Part shown: positions 37,893 through 50,215 of the stretch, in pieces | Layout of the letters: each line of letters begins with the position of its first letter | Position numbering within the stretch: the first letter of the stretch is position 1 | Assembly: GCF_030684315.1 (NCBI RefSeq) | Contig: NC_081373.1 | Span: 25,459,989 to 25,523,988 of the forward strand | From: Stegostoma tigrinum | Taxonomy: Eukaryota | Reading direction: 5' to 3' | Length of the DNA stretch: 64,000 nt | Notes under the pieces: generated by a model | The model's database searches: none | What the model saw: only the letters and a program-made list of their open reading frames with translations | Told to the model about the DNA's origin: nothing | Translations under genes and position numbers: made by a program

Positions 37893-38811
37893 GTTAGCAC
37901 AGAGATATTCTAAGGAGCTCAGAAAGACAAATGAAATGTTGGCCTTTATTGAAAAGGGAAGATATTATAAAAGCAGTGACTATAGAGAGAATTAGTGAGA
38001 CCACACCTAGAGCACTGTGAGCATTTTTTGGACTCTATTCTTAAGGAGGAATGTCCTTGCATGGAAGGCAATTCAAAGAAGATTCACTCAGCTGATCCTT
38101 AGGTCTTATAAAGAAAGATTTAACCAGTTAGTCCTATACATATTGGAGTTTTGAAGAACTAGTGGTGACGTTATTCAAGATTCTGAGGGAATTGAGAGGG
38201 TAGATGTTCAGAGGATGTTTCCCCTCATGGTGCAAGCTAGGCACAGCTGAAAAATCAGGCATCTCCCATTTAAGATGGACATGTGGAAGACGTTTACTTC
38301 TCTCTGAGAGTTGCCAGTCTTTGGAATATCCCTCTCCAGAGAGCAGTTGAGGCTGAAACACACAATATGTCCCCAGCTCAGTTTTGTCTACAGGATTGTT
38401 GGGGCTTGTGGGGAACAGGCAGGAAAGTGGAGCTAAGGCTAAAGTCAGATTAGCAATGACATTGATGGATCTTGGAGCAATTCAGGGTGCTGTGTAGCCG
38501 ACTAATGCTGCTGGAATCTTCTGTCACATTTCAGTTCTCGGTCTGTGCTGATTTCCGTGGCTGTGAGGGCGCCTGTGTTTTATTTCCCTGAAAGAGAGGA
38601 AGTTTTGACAGCTGAGTAGGTTGTGAAGCTGGAGTTGCAAGAGTATTGGGAAGCAACAAATTAACAGCGTGATACGAAATTGCACTTTCAATGAGCCAAA
38701 AATATCCTAAGGTGCTACATGGGAGTGCTGCCAGGTTAAATTGAACACCAAGCAGGATGTTAGGAAAGTGATCAAAGAAGGGTTAGGCTTTATGAAGAAT
38801 AGTGGACAAGA

Positions 38812-38822
38812 GGGAGAGAGAA

Positions 38823-38856
<34 letters not shown>
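38812..38856. repeat. (GA)n microsatellite within an L2-like fragment
   Basis: Visible directly. Confidence 0.85.
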
Positions 38857-38914
38857 GCAGGGAGGCTTACAGAGGGAATTCCAGAGTTGAGGTTCCAAAA
38901 AATTGCCAGATCCT

Positions 38915-39212
38915 GTGGTGGCTCAGTGGTTAGCACTGCTGCCTCACGGTAGCAGGAACCTGGTTTGATTCCAGCCTTGGGTGACTGTGTGGAGTTTGCA
39001 TGTTCTCACCGTGTCTGCGTAGGTTTCCTCCCACAGTTCAGAGATGTGCAGCTTATGTGAATTGGCTGTGCTCAATTGTCCCGTAGTGCCCAGGGATGTG
39101 CAGACGTGGTGGGTTAGCCATGGGAGATGTGGAGGGAGTTGGGATGCTCTTTGGAGGCTTCAGTGCAGACTCACTGGACTGAATGACCTGCTTCCACACT
39201 CTAGGGATTCTA
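38915..39212 (+). mobile_element. HE1/V-SINE-like SINE (internally deleted)
   Basis: GGTGGCTCAGTGGTTAGCACTGCTGCCTCAC head and core. Confidence 0.8.
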
Positions 39213-40208
39213 CAAAAAGCTGAAGGTGTAGCCAGTGGCAACATGGCTGAAATGGGGAAGTGCCCAATTGTCTCGAAGAAGAGGAATGGAGAGAATTCAG
39301 AGTGCTGTAGGACTGGAGGAAACAATAGACACAGAGAAGCAGGGTGGGATGTGGAAACAAGGGTAACAATGTTAAAACGCAGGCTGCTGTTAACTGGGGG
39401 ACACCATGAAGGTCGGAGAATACAGGGGTGATGGCCGAATGCGAGGAATGTGCATACAGCCCTCCGAACTCCTGATTGTAGCTCAGTGTCAAGTTTTTTT
39501 GCTTGGTACCATTCCTGTGACTTGCATCAGGATGTTCGAATACATTAAACGCACTATGTAAATGCTAGTTCCTTCTAGCAATGACACACGGTAACCACAG
39601 TGTGTGCCATCCGCAGGATGTACTGCACTAATTTGCCAAGCCTGGCTCAACAGCACTTTCCAAACCCATGATCACCACCATCTGGAAGGACAAGGGCAGC
39701 AGCTACACAGGAACACCACCCTCTGCAAGTTCCCCTCCAAGCCACTTACCATCCTGACTTGGAAATATAGCTGTTCCTTCAGCGTCTCTGGGTCAAAATC
39801 CTGCAACTTGCTCCCAAACAGCAGTGTGTGGGTGTCCCTACACCACATGGATGGTATTGTACATAAAAGCAGCTCACCACCACCTTTCTAAGGGTGAGCT
39901 AAGGTTGGGGAACAAATGCTAGTTAAGCCAGTGATGCCCACACCCCCTAATGTGGAAATAAATAGTCAGAGTCTGTTGTCCCAAATTTGCAACTGTACAT
40001 AGCGCCTTTTCCTGCAGTACCCACAGAGTACTGATCGGAGGCAGGAGTTAAACTCAGTCAATATTGTAGCATCCCACCACTGGTCTGCTAACTGGGCATT
40101 CACTGCGATTGAGGGCCTTTGCAAACTGTAACTCAGTGCCCCAATGGGGACAAAGCACACAGAGAGGATCATGTTTGGAACTGTGTAACTGGCCAAAAGT
40201 GGCCAGTT

Positions 40209-40545
40209 GGGCGGCAAGGTGGCTTAGTGGTTAGCACTGCTGCCTCACAGTGCCAGGGACTCGGGTTCGATTCCACCCTCAGGTCTGTCTGTCTGTGTGG
40301 AGTTTGCACGTTCTCTCTATGTCTGGGTGGGTTTCCTCCAGGTGCTCTAGTTTCCTCCCACAGTCCGCAGATGTGCAAGCGAGGTGGATTAGCCGTGCTA
40401 AATTGCCCATAGTGTTCAGGGATGTCTAGTTTAGGTGGGTTATAGGGGGTTGGGTCTTGGGTGGCATGCTCTGAGGGTCGGTGTGGACTTGTTGGGCCGA
40501 AGGGCCTGTTTCCACACTGTAAGGATTCTAAGAATTCTAAGAATA
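40209..40545 (+). mobile_element. HE1/V-SINE-like SINE followed by a family A Penelope-type fragment (40550-40645)
   Basis: tRNA-like head, core and (ATTCTAAGA)n tail. Confidence 0.88.
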
Positions 40546-43500
40546 GTGTTTCTGAAGAAGGGTCCCAACCCAAAATGTCAAGCTTTCCTGCTCCTCTGAT
40601 GCTGCTTGGCCTGCTGTGTTCATCCAGCTTCACACTGTGTTATCTCTGGAATAACAGAATTTTAGCTGGAAGAAAGGCTGCTCCAGAATCAATGTAGCAA
40701 GCAATCATTATGTCCTGGAGATGTCAGAGAAATGTCCATCAGCACCAAGTTTAGTAAATGGCGTTTAGAAACTCTGGCACCAGAGCTTTATCAAATCTTA
40801 TTTCAAATTTTAAAGTAGTGGTGATATTGATAGCTTTAACCTCACATTTAAATAACTACCTCATCATCACAAATAGATATGATTATACAACTTGTAAGTA
40901 AACGGTAAAGAACTTACAGAATTTTTTCATTGTGGAACAGTAACATTTCAGATCTTATAATTTAGCATATTAAGCATACTGGGAAAAGTATTTTCAAGCA
41001 AAATATAGTTTACTCTGCCAAGCTGATAAAATTGTCTGTGAGCAGAGGAAAATAAAACCCAGACAAGAGTGCAAGTTTTTAAAATGATAGCTATCAGAAT
41101 TTTCATTGAAACTCAGATTAGAAAAGCTGTTGCACACTTTTAAGCATAATGTACTACCATGAGAACATAAGGACAAAAAAATACAAGCAGAATTAGGCCA
41201 TTTGGACCTGTCAAAGCTGTTTTTGCTGTTCCATAAGATCCTGCTTGATCTTTGGCTTTAAATCCATTTTTTGTCCTACTCTCCCTGTTCTTTGATACCC
41301 AGAGAGATTAAAAATCTATCTCAGTCTTAAATATATTCAACAATGGAGCATCCACAATCTTTTGGGATAGAGAATTCAAAAGATTCAATAGAGAAAGCCA
41401 ACTGGTGTTGAGTTTAACTTGAGGGTCACCATGCCTCAGAAAACGGGTGAAGTTGAGAAGATGGGACCTTCATTGCTACCTCGGTTGCTGCAGGAAATGA
41501 ACCCATGCCGTTGGCATCACTCTGCAAACCAGCCATCCAAGCTAATTTGCCCCCTATCATTGCTGATACTTGTTAAGAGAAACGTGGCATCTTCCTCGGT
41601 TCGTAGTATGCAAGTATATGTTTTACAGTTTGAATCGATTGTACCTGATCATAATTGCTCTCTACGTCTTCATCAATAAAGCAACCTAGAACTTTTTACC
41701 TTTATCAAATGTTTGGCTTCAGAGGACTGATAGATGCATGCATTTTAAAGACATGAATAGCTAGTTAGGTTATGTTGTTGTGCTGTTGGGCCGCATTATC
41801 ATACAAAGATACAGGGTAGTGTGAGTCACTGACCCCAAAATAAGACAAGCAGATTGTTTATGGAATAACTGATGTCACTGTATCCTTGAAAGTATATAAG
41901 GCAAGGTCCAAATCTGTTGCATCGAAGATTAGTGCTAATGAATAACACACTTCCCATTTCTGGTACTCATTGTCATTTCGAGCACTCTCTGGTCACATAC
42001 AACACAGTGAAATAGAAAGTAAAGTTCTTGATGTTCTGACCCTGTTACAAAGCTCAGAGCAGACTCAGAAGAGGATCAGTTCCTTGGCCAGTGTGGGTTT
42101 TCCCCTTTCCCCACACTATAACTTAACATCACTAATTCGTATAGAATTCTGTGCGTAGAGTCCATCTGCTCTCGGGGGTGAATTGAGACAATTCAATTCA
42201 ATTTCCTGGAGGATCATTCCAGCCAAAAGACGTCAGTTTGGGTTACATTAGAAGTAAATTCCTTTACATGCAAAGAAACTCTTCTGTTACAAGAGTAACT
42301 TCAGACCCTACATCTGCTGTTGGTAAATTAAAAAGCAATCTTCCCTTAATCAGATAACAACATAAAGAAAGAGTGGAGTTTGAAGGGAAGTAATTTTGCC
42401 AGAAGATTTATTGGCATTGAACATAATAGAATATGTCAGCTATACCCTGGCCTTCCTGATTGCTTTGTATAGTGGTGCACTGTTGCGCTTTCCAGTTGAT
42501 CAGATAAATATATATTCAGTATGCTGTGACATTAAGTAGGCTTATATAAATAAAATGCAGGATAACAACTTTTACCATGGTAACATGCTGTATTAATATT
42601 TGCAAACAAATGAGTTTGTATATGAAAATGTATAATTAACATCATATGTAATGCTGTTATGTTGTAAAGCTACAAGAATTTACCAATGATGGTTTGTATT
42701 GTAAGTGCAAAAATTCTACCCTTTTCTGTACTTGTACTTTGGCCTATTGCTCAGGTAATGTTAAACCCTTGACATGTAAACATCAGAAAAAAAGAGTAGA
42801 TCCTTGAGCCTGACGATGTGAAATAGTGCCATATTTGCATAAGTCAAATCAAGATGCAATGTATTAAGTGTTGCAGAATTGTTGAAATAAATTTACGATT
42901 TTAGTATAATAGAAGCGTTTCTAGTACATGAAGGATATTCATGGCATAACATTAAGTGTAGTTAGGTGAATTGTGGCAGATGCAGCATAGAATATTTAAT
43001 TATTAAACCAATTTTATGACAATATAAAATGGGATACAATACATCTGGGTGAAAACGCAATCTAGAAAATGTCTGTAACTTACAGATATAAATAAATTGT
43101 TACCTATTGCTTTGGATGCTTTTTTGTTTAATTGATAGTGGAGCGTCAAGTTACAGCTTGAAGCAAAGAAATTGCATTACAGTTGAAAACTTAACCTAAC
43201 TTAGGGAATTTATGCTGAGATGCAGATAAACAAGTTACAGATTTCCACTGTCATCACAGATTCCAGGTGTCCTGGTTCAGCAATTGATGGTTAACTACAT
43301 TTAGACTTCTATTTGCAAAGGCATTCAACAAATCAGGGCAATGCCCACAAAAAACTCAGGTTAATATTGATTGTTGTCATTAATGTGGAATTGGAGATGC
43401 TGCATCTTGCGCTCCTAGTATAAACATGACCTTATGGCTAAAATACAAGCAGTTCCCTTGGCAAGCCACTTGAAAGCTCAGCCATATGTCTTCGAAGTTG

Positions 43501-43849
43501 ATACTTAGGCCTTGAGTAGGCTATTTTGCAATAATAGTCTCAGGCTTTCTAGGAAATAAAGATTAATCTTCAAGTCACTGCTGTGAAAAACGGAAACAAA
43601 AATCACTGGGTTTATTTTAGAAATCATTTTCTTTTGAGCACTTCTGTGAAGCAGACGAAAAATGTTTAATCGCACAAGGTCATTGCAGATAGGAGGTCTT
43701 GTAATGAAACTTCCAGGAATAGGTCTAAGCAGAGCTGACAACCCTAATCTATATTTCTTTGGAATGTACTGAGTTTACGAAAAAGGATTTTTTTGCAGCC
43801 TTCTACACAGAATTACAATGATTTTTATTGGCTGTGTCAGTTTTCAACG

Positions 43850-44180
43850 AATCTCTACAGAATTGAAACAGGCCATTCAGCCCATTGGGTCTACATTGAC
43901 CTGACAAACAGCATCCCACCCACTGCCCTACTCTATCCCCACATTTCTCATGGCTAATCCACTAGCCTGTACATCCCTGGACACTACAGGAAAATTTAGC
44001 ATGGCTAATCCACCTAACCTGCACATCTTTGGGCTATGGGAGGAAACCAGAGCACCCAGAGGAAACTCATGCAGACACAGGAAAATTGTACAAATTCTCC
44101 ACAGACAGTTACTCAAGCTTGGATTCAAACCCAGGTCCCTGGTGCTTTGAGGTGGCAGAGCTAACCACCGAGCCACAATG
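43850..44180 (-). mobile_element. HE1/V-SINE-like SINE
   Basis: Reverse-complement head and core. Confidence 0.82.
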
Positions 44181-44764
44181 CTGTGCTTTTGAGTTTTATT
44201 GAGTCTTTTGGAGATTTCTCACTGTATCTTGCCAAACTCACCCTATTATCTACCTACCCTTTTGCACCTTACCAGTCCAATTCTATTGTCGTCTTACCAT
44301 GTGCCATTCCCAGAAGTTACCACTTAATGGATATTCGCCAAAATACTCCCCACCCCCCCCACCCCGGCACCCACACTGTACTTGAACAAGTTACTGTGCA
44401 CCTGGATGAACACTGGCATTCCAAAGTTGCTCTGCTTGGTGACAGCAGCAGATTCCAGGGAAGTGAAGATGGCACTGTGATTCTCTGGCAGGGTCTTGGA
44501 GGTCTTGTTGCAAAGCCAAGGCATTCCCCTTCTGGAGGATTGATCAGGGAGGCCATGGCACCAGATGCTGGAAGACTGGTGTGAATTTGTCAACTGGATT
44601 TCTGCAGTCTCCACTGTTCAGCTGAATGACCAGCAGTGCCACAAGAATCTCAATGACCTTGTCAGTTGTGCCAGGGTAAATGCCACACCCTTTCAGCTAC
44701 CTCAAACTTAAACTCTGCAAATGCACCCACCTCCCATCAAGGCTCATCCTCTGCCACTTCCACT

Positions 44765-45082
44765 ATCATAGAATCCCTACAGTGTGGTAATAGGCCATTC
44801 GGCCCAACAAGGCTACACTGACACTCAGAGCACCCCACCCAGACCCATCCCCTGTAATCCACATAATCTACACTTCCCTGAACACTACCAGCAATTTAGC
44901 ATGGCCAATCCACCTAGCCTGCACATCTTTGGATTGTGGGAGGAAACTGGAGCACCTGGAGGAAACCCACAGAGACACGGGGAGAATGTGCAAACTCCAC
45001 ACAGTTGCCCAAGGGTGGAATCGAACCAGGTCCATGGCACTGTGAGGCAGCAGTGCTAACCACTGAGCCACTGTGCCACCCT
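44765..45082 (-). mobile_element. HE1/V-SINE-like SINE
   Basis: Reverse-complement head and core. Confidence 0.85.
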
Positions 45083-48000
45083 TCACAATCTTCCTTCAGA
45101 ATCTCTTGTTTCTCCACACCACTAACCCCATATAGCCACTGTGCTGCCCACTCTTACACAGAACATCTCACCACCTTTCCCTCACATGAATCAGCTCTAA
45201 CAGCTGTTTCACCCACTTTCAGCTCATTCAATGCTTCCTTTTCTCTAATTCCAGAAGAAGACAGCCCACAATAGGGCATAAAGGGCCTGGACAGATGGAG
45301 GGATACATGACATTGGGTTCCTCACCCACTGTGAGAAAAGACTTCTGTATCTCACAAGAGAAGTCTGCTGAGTGGGGAATTCATTCCACAGCAACTCTAA
45401 ACTTAACATCACTGTCAGTGTCATTTATTGCACACCACTTCTATCCAATGGCTGTGTTTTGTGGCTACCAGTGGAATATTCATGACCTTAATGGAGGAAT
45501 GGCCTCCTCCATCAGAGGCTACCTCTTTGACCCCAACAGAGAGAGCACCAAGGCCTCAAAAGGCTGCTTCAGATATGCGTTATCTCCAGGCATCTCTTTG
45601 TCACCAGGAGACAGGGTGGTGTCAGGAGGTACCGAACCAGAGAGGGAACCACACACAAGGTCCCCTCAGAAGCCTCTTCGCAGGACCCTCCAGAAGTGGC
45701 TAGACCCTCCATGTCTGGTCACCTGCTCCATTAAGCCTTGGAACCTTAGAAGTTGAAGCTGAAGAATGTCTACTGAAGCCTCTCAGCATCCTGAGCTGTC
45801 CACACAATAATGTCCTTGTGGCCACTGACCTAACTTCAAAAGCCAAAGGTTCCACTATGGAGCAGATTGCCTTCAATATTCTGAACCTGGGATAACATGA
45901 AACCATTGTGGAAGGAACAGAAAGCAAAACACCTTCCAAGGGCATTTTGGTGGCACAGGTGTTAACGCACTGTGTATTAAGTATCACAGTTGGATAAATT
46001 TGGTTGGTTTTGCATTACATCAGTTTGAATCTCTGTGTAGCCCTGAATGTAATTATGCTGGCATGATGTATAACTTCAGGATATATTGTGGATTGATAAC
46101 TATGTTGAGAGCCTGCTGCAGTATGTGGAAATAAGGTGAACAAGGCAAATAACAGAGCAATGGGTTCTGTTGACACCTTTGCTCTTCATGGTCAAATATC
46201 CCAATTCTTTTGCTGAATGAATTGGCCAGCAATATTGTTGGGCAGGGAGGGGTAGAATGCTTAGGGAGCCAATGCAGTAGGATCGCCACAGGTTAGGACC
46301 CACAGATCAATGTCCTGCAAGTAATGTTGTTGCCCTCTGAAGGATCTCAAATTGGTTGGTCAGGCAGTCCCCTCCCTTTCAGGATGAGACACCAACATCC
46401 CTCACACACAGCCCCCTCCCCCCAACTCCAGATGTGGTCATTTGGTTCCCAATTACATGCTTTCAATTTCCAGCATGATGGAAGATGACAGTGTATGCTT
46501 TTTGAACTGTTGCTTTCCACCTCTATCTCTACATGTTAGTGATACCCAAACATCCAGATTCCCTTCCTATAAATCCCATAGGCTTTACATCTACACCACC
46601 CAACCCACCTACATTAGCCTATACCTAGGCGCCATCACCCCCACAGCCCAACCCCGGGCATAGGAGGTAACATTTCAGTATATGCTGTGCTATACTTGAA
46701 GGCGGAGTGCTGCTGACTTCACCCCTCTCACAATACCTCGTTCCCAGCCATGCTGTACTGGATTCCACCATCCCACTCCCCACGGTTAAAATATGGTTAC
46801 CTCCCTTCACAATGGTCGTTGCCTTTCGCCTCAGCCTGTAGACCCCAGTCACCACAATGACATTCCCAAGTATCGTCCCGAGGACGGCAGCCCTCTTTGT
46901 TCTCTTCCTGTCCTTTCCAGCAGGAAGTGCCTAAATCCCAGACTGATACCTGTATATGTTTCCGACTGCAATGTCCCCCCTCATCACCGGACTTCTGCTG
47001 TGGAGCTACAGGACTGACTGTGTGGCCACTCTCCAAACTGCGGAGGCATAGACCCCCTGACTGAAACCACCTCCACCAGATGCCTGAGCATGGTCAATCC
47101 TCTGGACTGGTACTGGAGGCAGATGTTAACTTACTGTCCTTGGATCCCCTGACGAGAAGTTTCTCCATGGACTTCAGTAATACTTTGAGCCCTGGCTGCT
47201 TGCTTGCTGCCCATGCTGTGTGTGTTTACTGTGTAATCTGCTGGCACCTGGTGCAGTGTGAGATTGATGTGGCATGGAGCATACAGCAATGTGTCTGTTC
47301 ACTTGACTGAACATTGCTGCCCAGCAAGGCAAGCTTGCTGATCGTGAGACTGCACTAATTAGTACCATAAGGCAAGGATGTTGTGAGTGTGTGGCTAAGT
47401 GAGAGAGCACTAAGAGAGCAAGCAAGCTTCCATGAGATGCACACTGGCCCAATCTGTGAGCTGGGTGACTGTCCATGCACATAAAGTGTCCTTGCAACAA
47501 AATTGCAATGCTAGCTGCTGGTGCACCCTGCTATGCAGCTTCCCAAATATCCTGCAAGTAGATTGAAGAGGTGCTCAGAAGACCCTGAGGGGTTGGCAAG
47601 TGTCAGATGCTAATACCTAGATGATGGTTGTATGCAGCTTGTAGCCATGGAGCTTGCCCTCCGATGTCATTTTGTACTGAGCAACACAAAGGCTATCACA
47701 GGCAGCAGTGACCTGAAGTTGCCAGGTACCAACTCTGACTTCAGGTTGAGAATTCTCAGTGGGTTTGCTTACAGTGGATGGCACAGTAGGAAGTTGCATA
47801 TTAGTGGTGAGATGTACAATTAATAAGTTCATTAACATGCAATAATCCCTCTTAATAGACAGCTCGCTGCTTCCTAATGAGAATCTCCGCTTGATGCCCA
47901 GAAATTGTTTAAAAGTTACAACAATTTGGTACTTATGCCAAGATTGGCCTCACAAAATTCTGATACATTTCTTGCTGTGGCCCATGTTGTCAGGCCCCTA

Positions 48001-48647
48001 TTAGGTACTGCCCATAGTAGTTTACCATTTTCCAATGGGTATGCCAGTATGTATACATTAATGTATAAATTTATCTATAAATATACGTGATGTATATAAA
48101 TTTTCATGCAGAATTATAAACTTACCAGTAAACCTATGAACTTTTCACAATATATAACCAGTTGTGCCTGGAAGAGGAAATGTGCACTAATCCAATGGTG
48201 AAACAATGTACTCTGGAACAAACTTTCCGTATTTTTCAGACTTAACTGAAATCTCAGGTAGTTCTGTCTAAAATTAGGCAAGAGTAATAGTTAGGAGAGT
48301 CTAGCATGGAAATAAAAACTGGCGATAAAACAAATGCATGTGTACATTAAAGCAGGGAAAGCCCAGCACATCTGGAAAGTCTGTAGACTTTAATGCTAAT
48401 TTTAATGCCCATGCCTCCTTCTTACTTTTCCTCTAAATTTTCCTGGAAAAGCGCCCGAACTCTGATAAATTTAAAAGTTAAAATAATGTTATAAGTTTAC
48501 AGACTTTTTGCCGATGTCGATGATGAAAGGAAATCATATAATTGTGTGGATGTCAGCTGAAACTGCAACCAAGTATGACCTATGTTCTTTCACGTATTGC
48601 ATTACTATTTTTGGTCATGATGAATGACGGCTAAATTTTTTTTTCCT

Positions 48648-48980
48648 TATTCATTCACAGGATGAGGATGTCGCTGGCTAGACCAGCATTTACTTCCCTT
48701 CCCTAAATGCCCAGAGGGCAGTTAACAATCAACTACATTGCTGTGGGTCTGAAGTCACATGTAGGCGTGACCAGGTAAGGATGGCAGTTTCCTTCCCTAA
48801 AGGACATTAGTGAATCAGATGGGCTATTCCAACAATCAACAGCGGTTTCATGATCATCATTCCACTCAAAACTCCAGATGTTTTTAATTGAATTCATATT
48901 CCACCATCTACCCTGGTGGGATTCGAATCCAAGTCCCCAGAACATTATCCAGCGATAATACCATTAAAGCCATGACCTCT
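48648..48980 (-). mobile_element. SacSINE1/DeuSINE-like SINE
   Basis: Aligns by eye with 19650-20005. Confidence 0.7.
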
Positions 48981-49729
48981 CCAACTGTCAAATAAATTAA
49001 CTCAAGAGTACAGTTTAACAGTGTAATTGTTGGGTTTATTGTCCATTGAAACTACTGTGGAGTATTAAATGATAATTTTATTTTGTACTTCTAAGATTAT
49101 AAACATTATTTTTAACTTTAGTTATTTTTATATCCATTTTTTAAGCTGACAGGTCAATATTATGCTGATAGGTTTTTATGGTATGATAGTACTTGGTGCA
49201 ATGCACACATTAGGATGTATTTGATGGAAGAATGTATCTTGCTCACTGGCTGTGTAGTTCACAGGAACACCTGCATTACACCCACCCGCCCCCCCAACAA
49301 CCTGCTTTCACCTCCTTTAGAGAAGGGCTGTATTAAGTTCCTCTCAAGCATGAGTCAGTGATTAGGACAGCAGAAATCTCACTCACCTTGAAGATGCAGC
49401 CAAACCTTTCAAAAAGCACTGCCGCTAAAGAGGGTGATTGCTGCTAGATCAACACCCATCCACATCTAGAGACATTGACAGATCCCAAGCACAGGTGAGT
49501 GATGGTGTGGGAGTTGGTGGAGCTTGGGTGATGAGCAAGTCGACAGCAAAGGGCAGTGAGCTGGCTCTCAGCAGCCCACCATTCTCACCATTCAGACACT
49601 GAGTATCACATGCAACTCTGCATGGGCCTGCTTCTCATGCTCCCCATATAAAGAACACCCTGCCTGCCATTGGGCTCAGACCAGTAACAATACAATGAAA
49701 TCCTAAATAGCCTTTAAAGATGTCAATTT

Positions 49730-50215
49730 GTGGGTGTACATGGCAATGGTTAGGCCACTTTTGGAATACCGCGTTTGATTCTGGTCTCCCTGCTGTAGGA
49801 GAGATGTTATTAAACTTAGAAGGAATCAGGAAAGAGTTACAAGCGTGTTGCCAGGGTTGGAGGATTTGAGCTACTGGGAGAGGCTGAATGGTCTGAGGCT
49901 ATTTTTCCTGGAGCGTTGGAGGCTGAGGGGTGACCTTACAAAAGTTTATAAAATCATGAGGGGCACGGATAGGGTGAATAGTCAAGTCTTTTCCCCAGGG
50001 TAGGGGGATTTAAAACTTTTTCACACAGAGGATGAAGGGTGTATGGAACGAGCTGCCAGAGGAAGTGGTGGTGGCTGGTACAGTTACAACATTTAAAAGA
50101 CATCTGGATGTCTGCAAGAATAGGAAGGGTTTAGAGGGTCATGGGCCAAATGCTGGAAAATGGAACACGATTAATCTAGGATATCTGGTCAGCATGGGCC
50201 CAGTAGGGTCAGTTT
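49730..50215 (+). mobile_element. CR1 LINE 3' fragment
   Basis: MVRPLLEY..FWSP..; WNELPEEVV..TFKRHLD. Confidence 0.85.

Larger units (their letters stand above)
37100..38500 (+). mobile_element. Decayed CR1 3' fragment interrupted by a solo LTR and a SINE
   Basis: VRPHLEHC.HFW and IQRRFTQLI remnants on both sides of the insertion. Confidence 0.7.
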
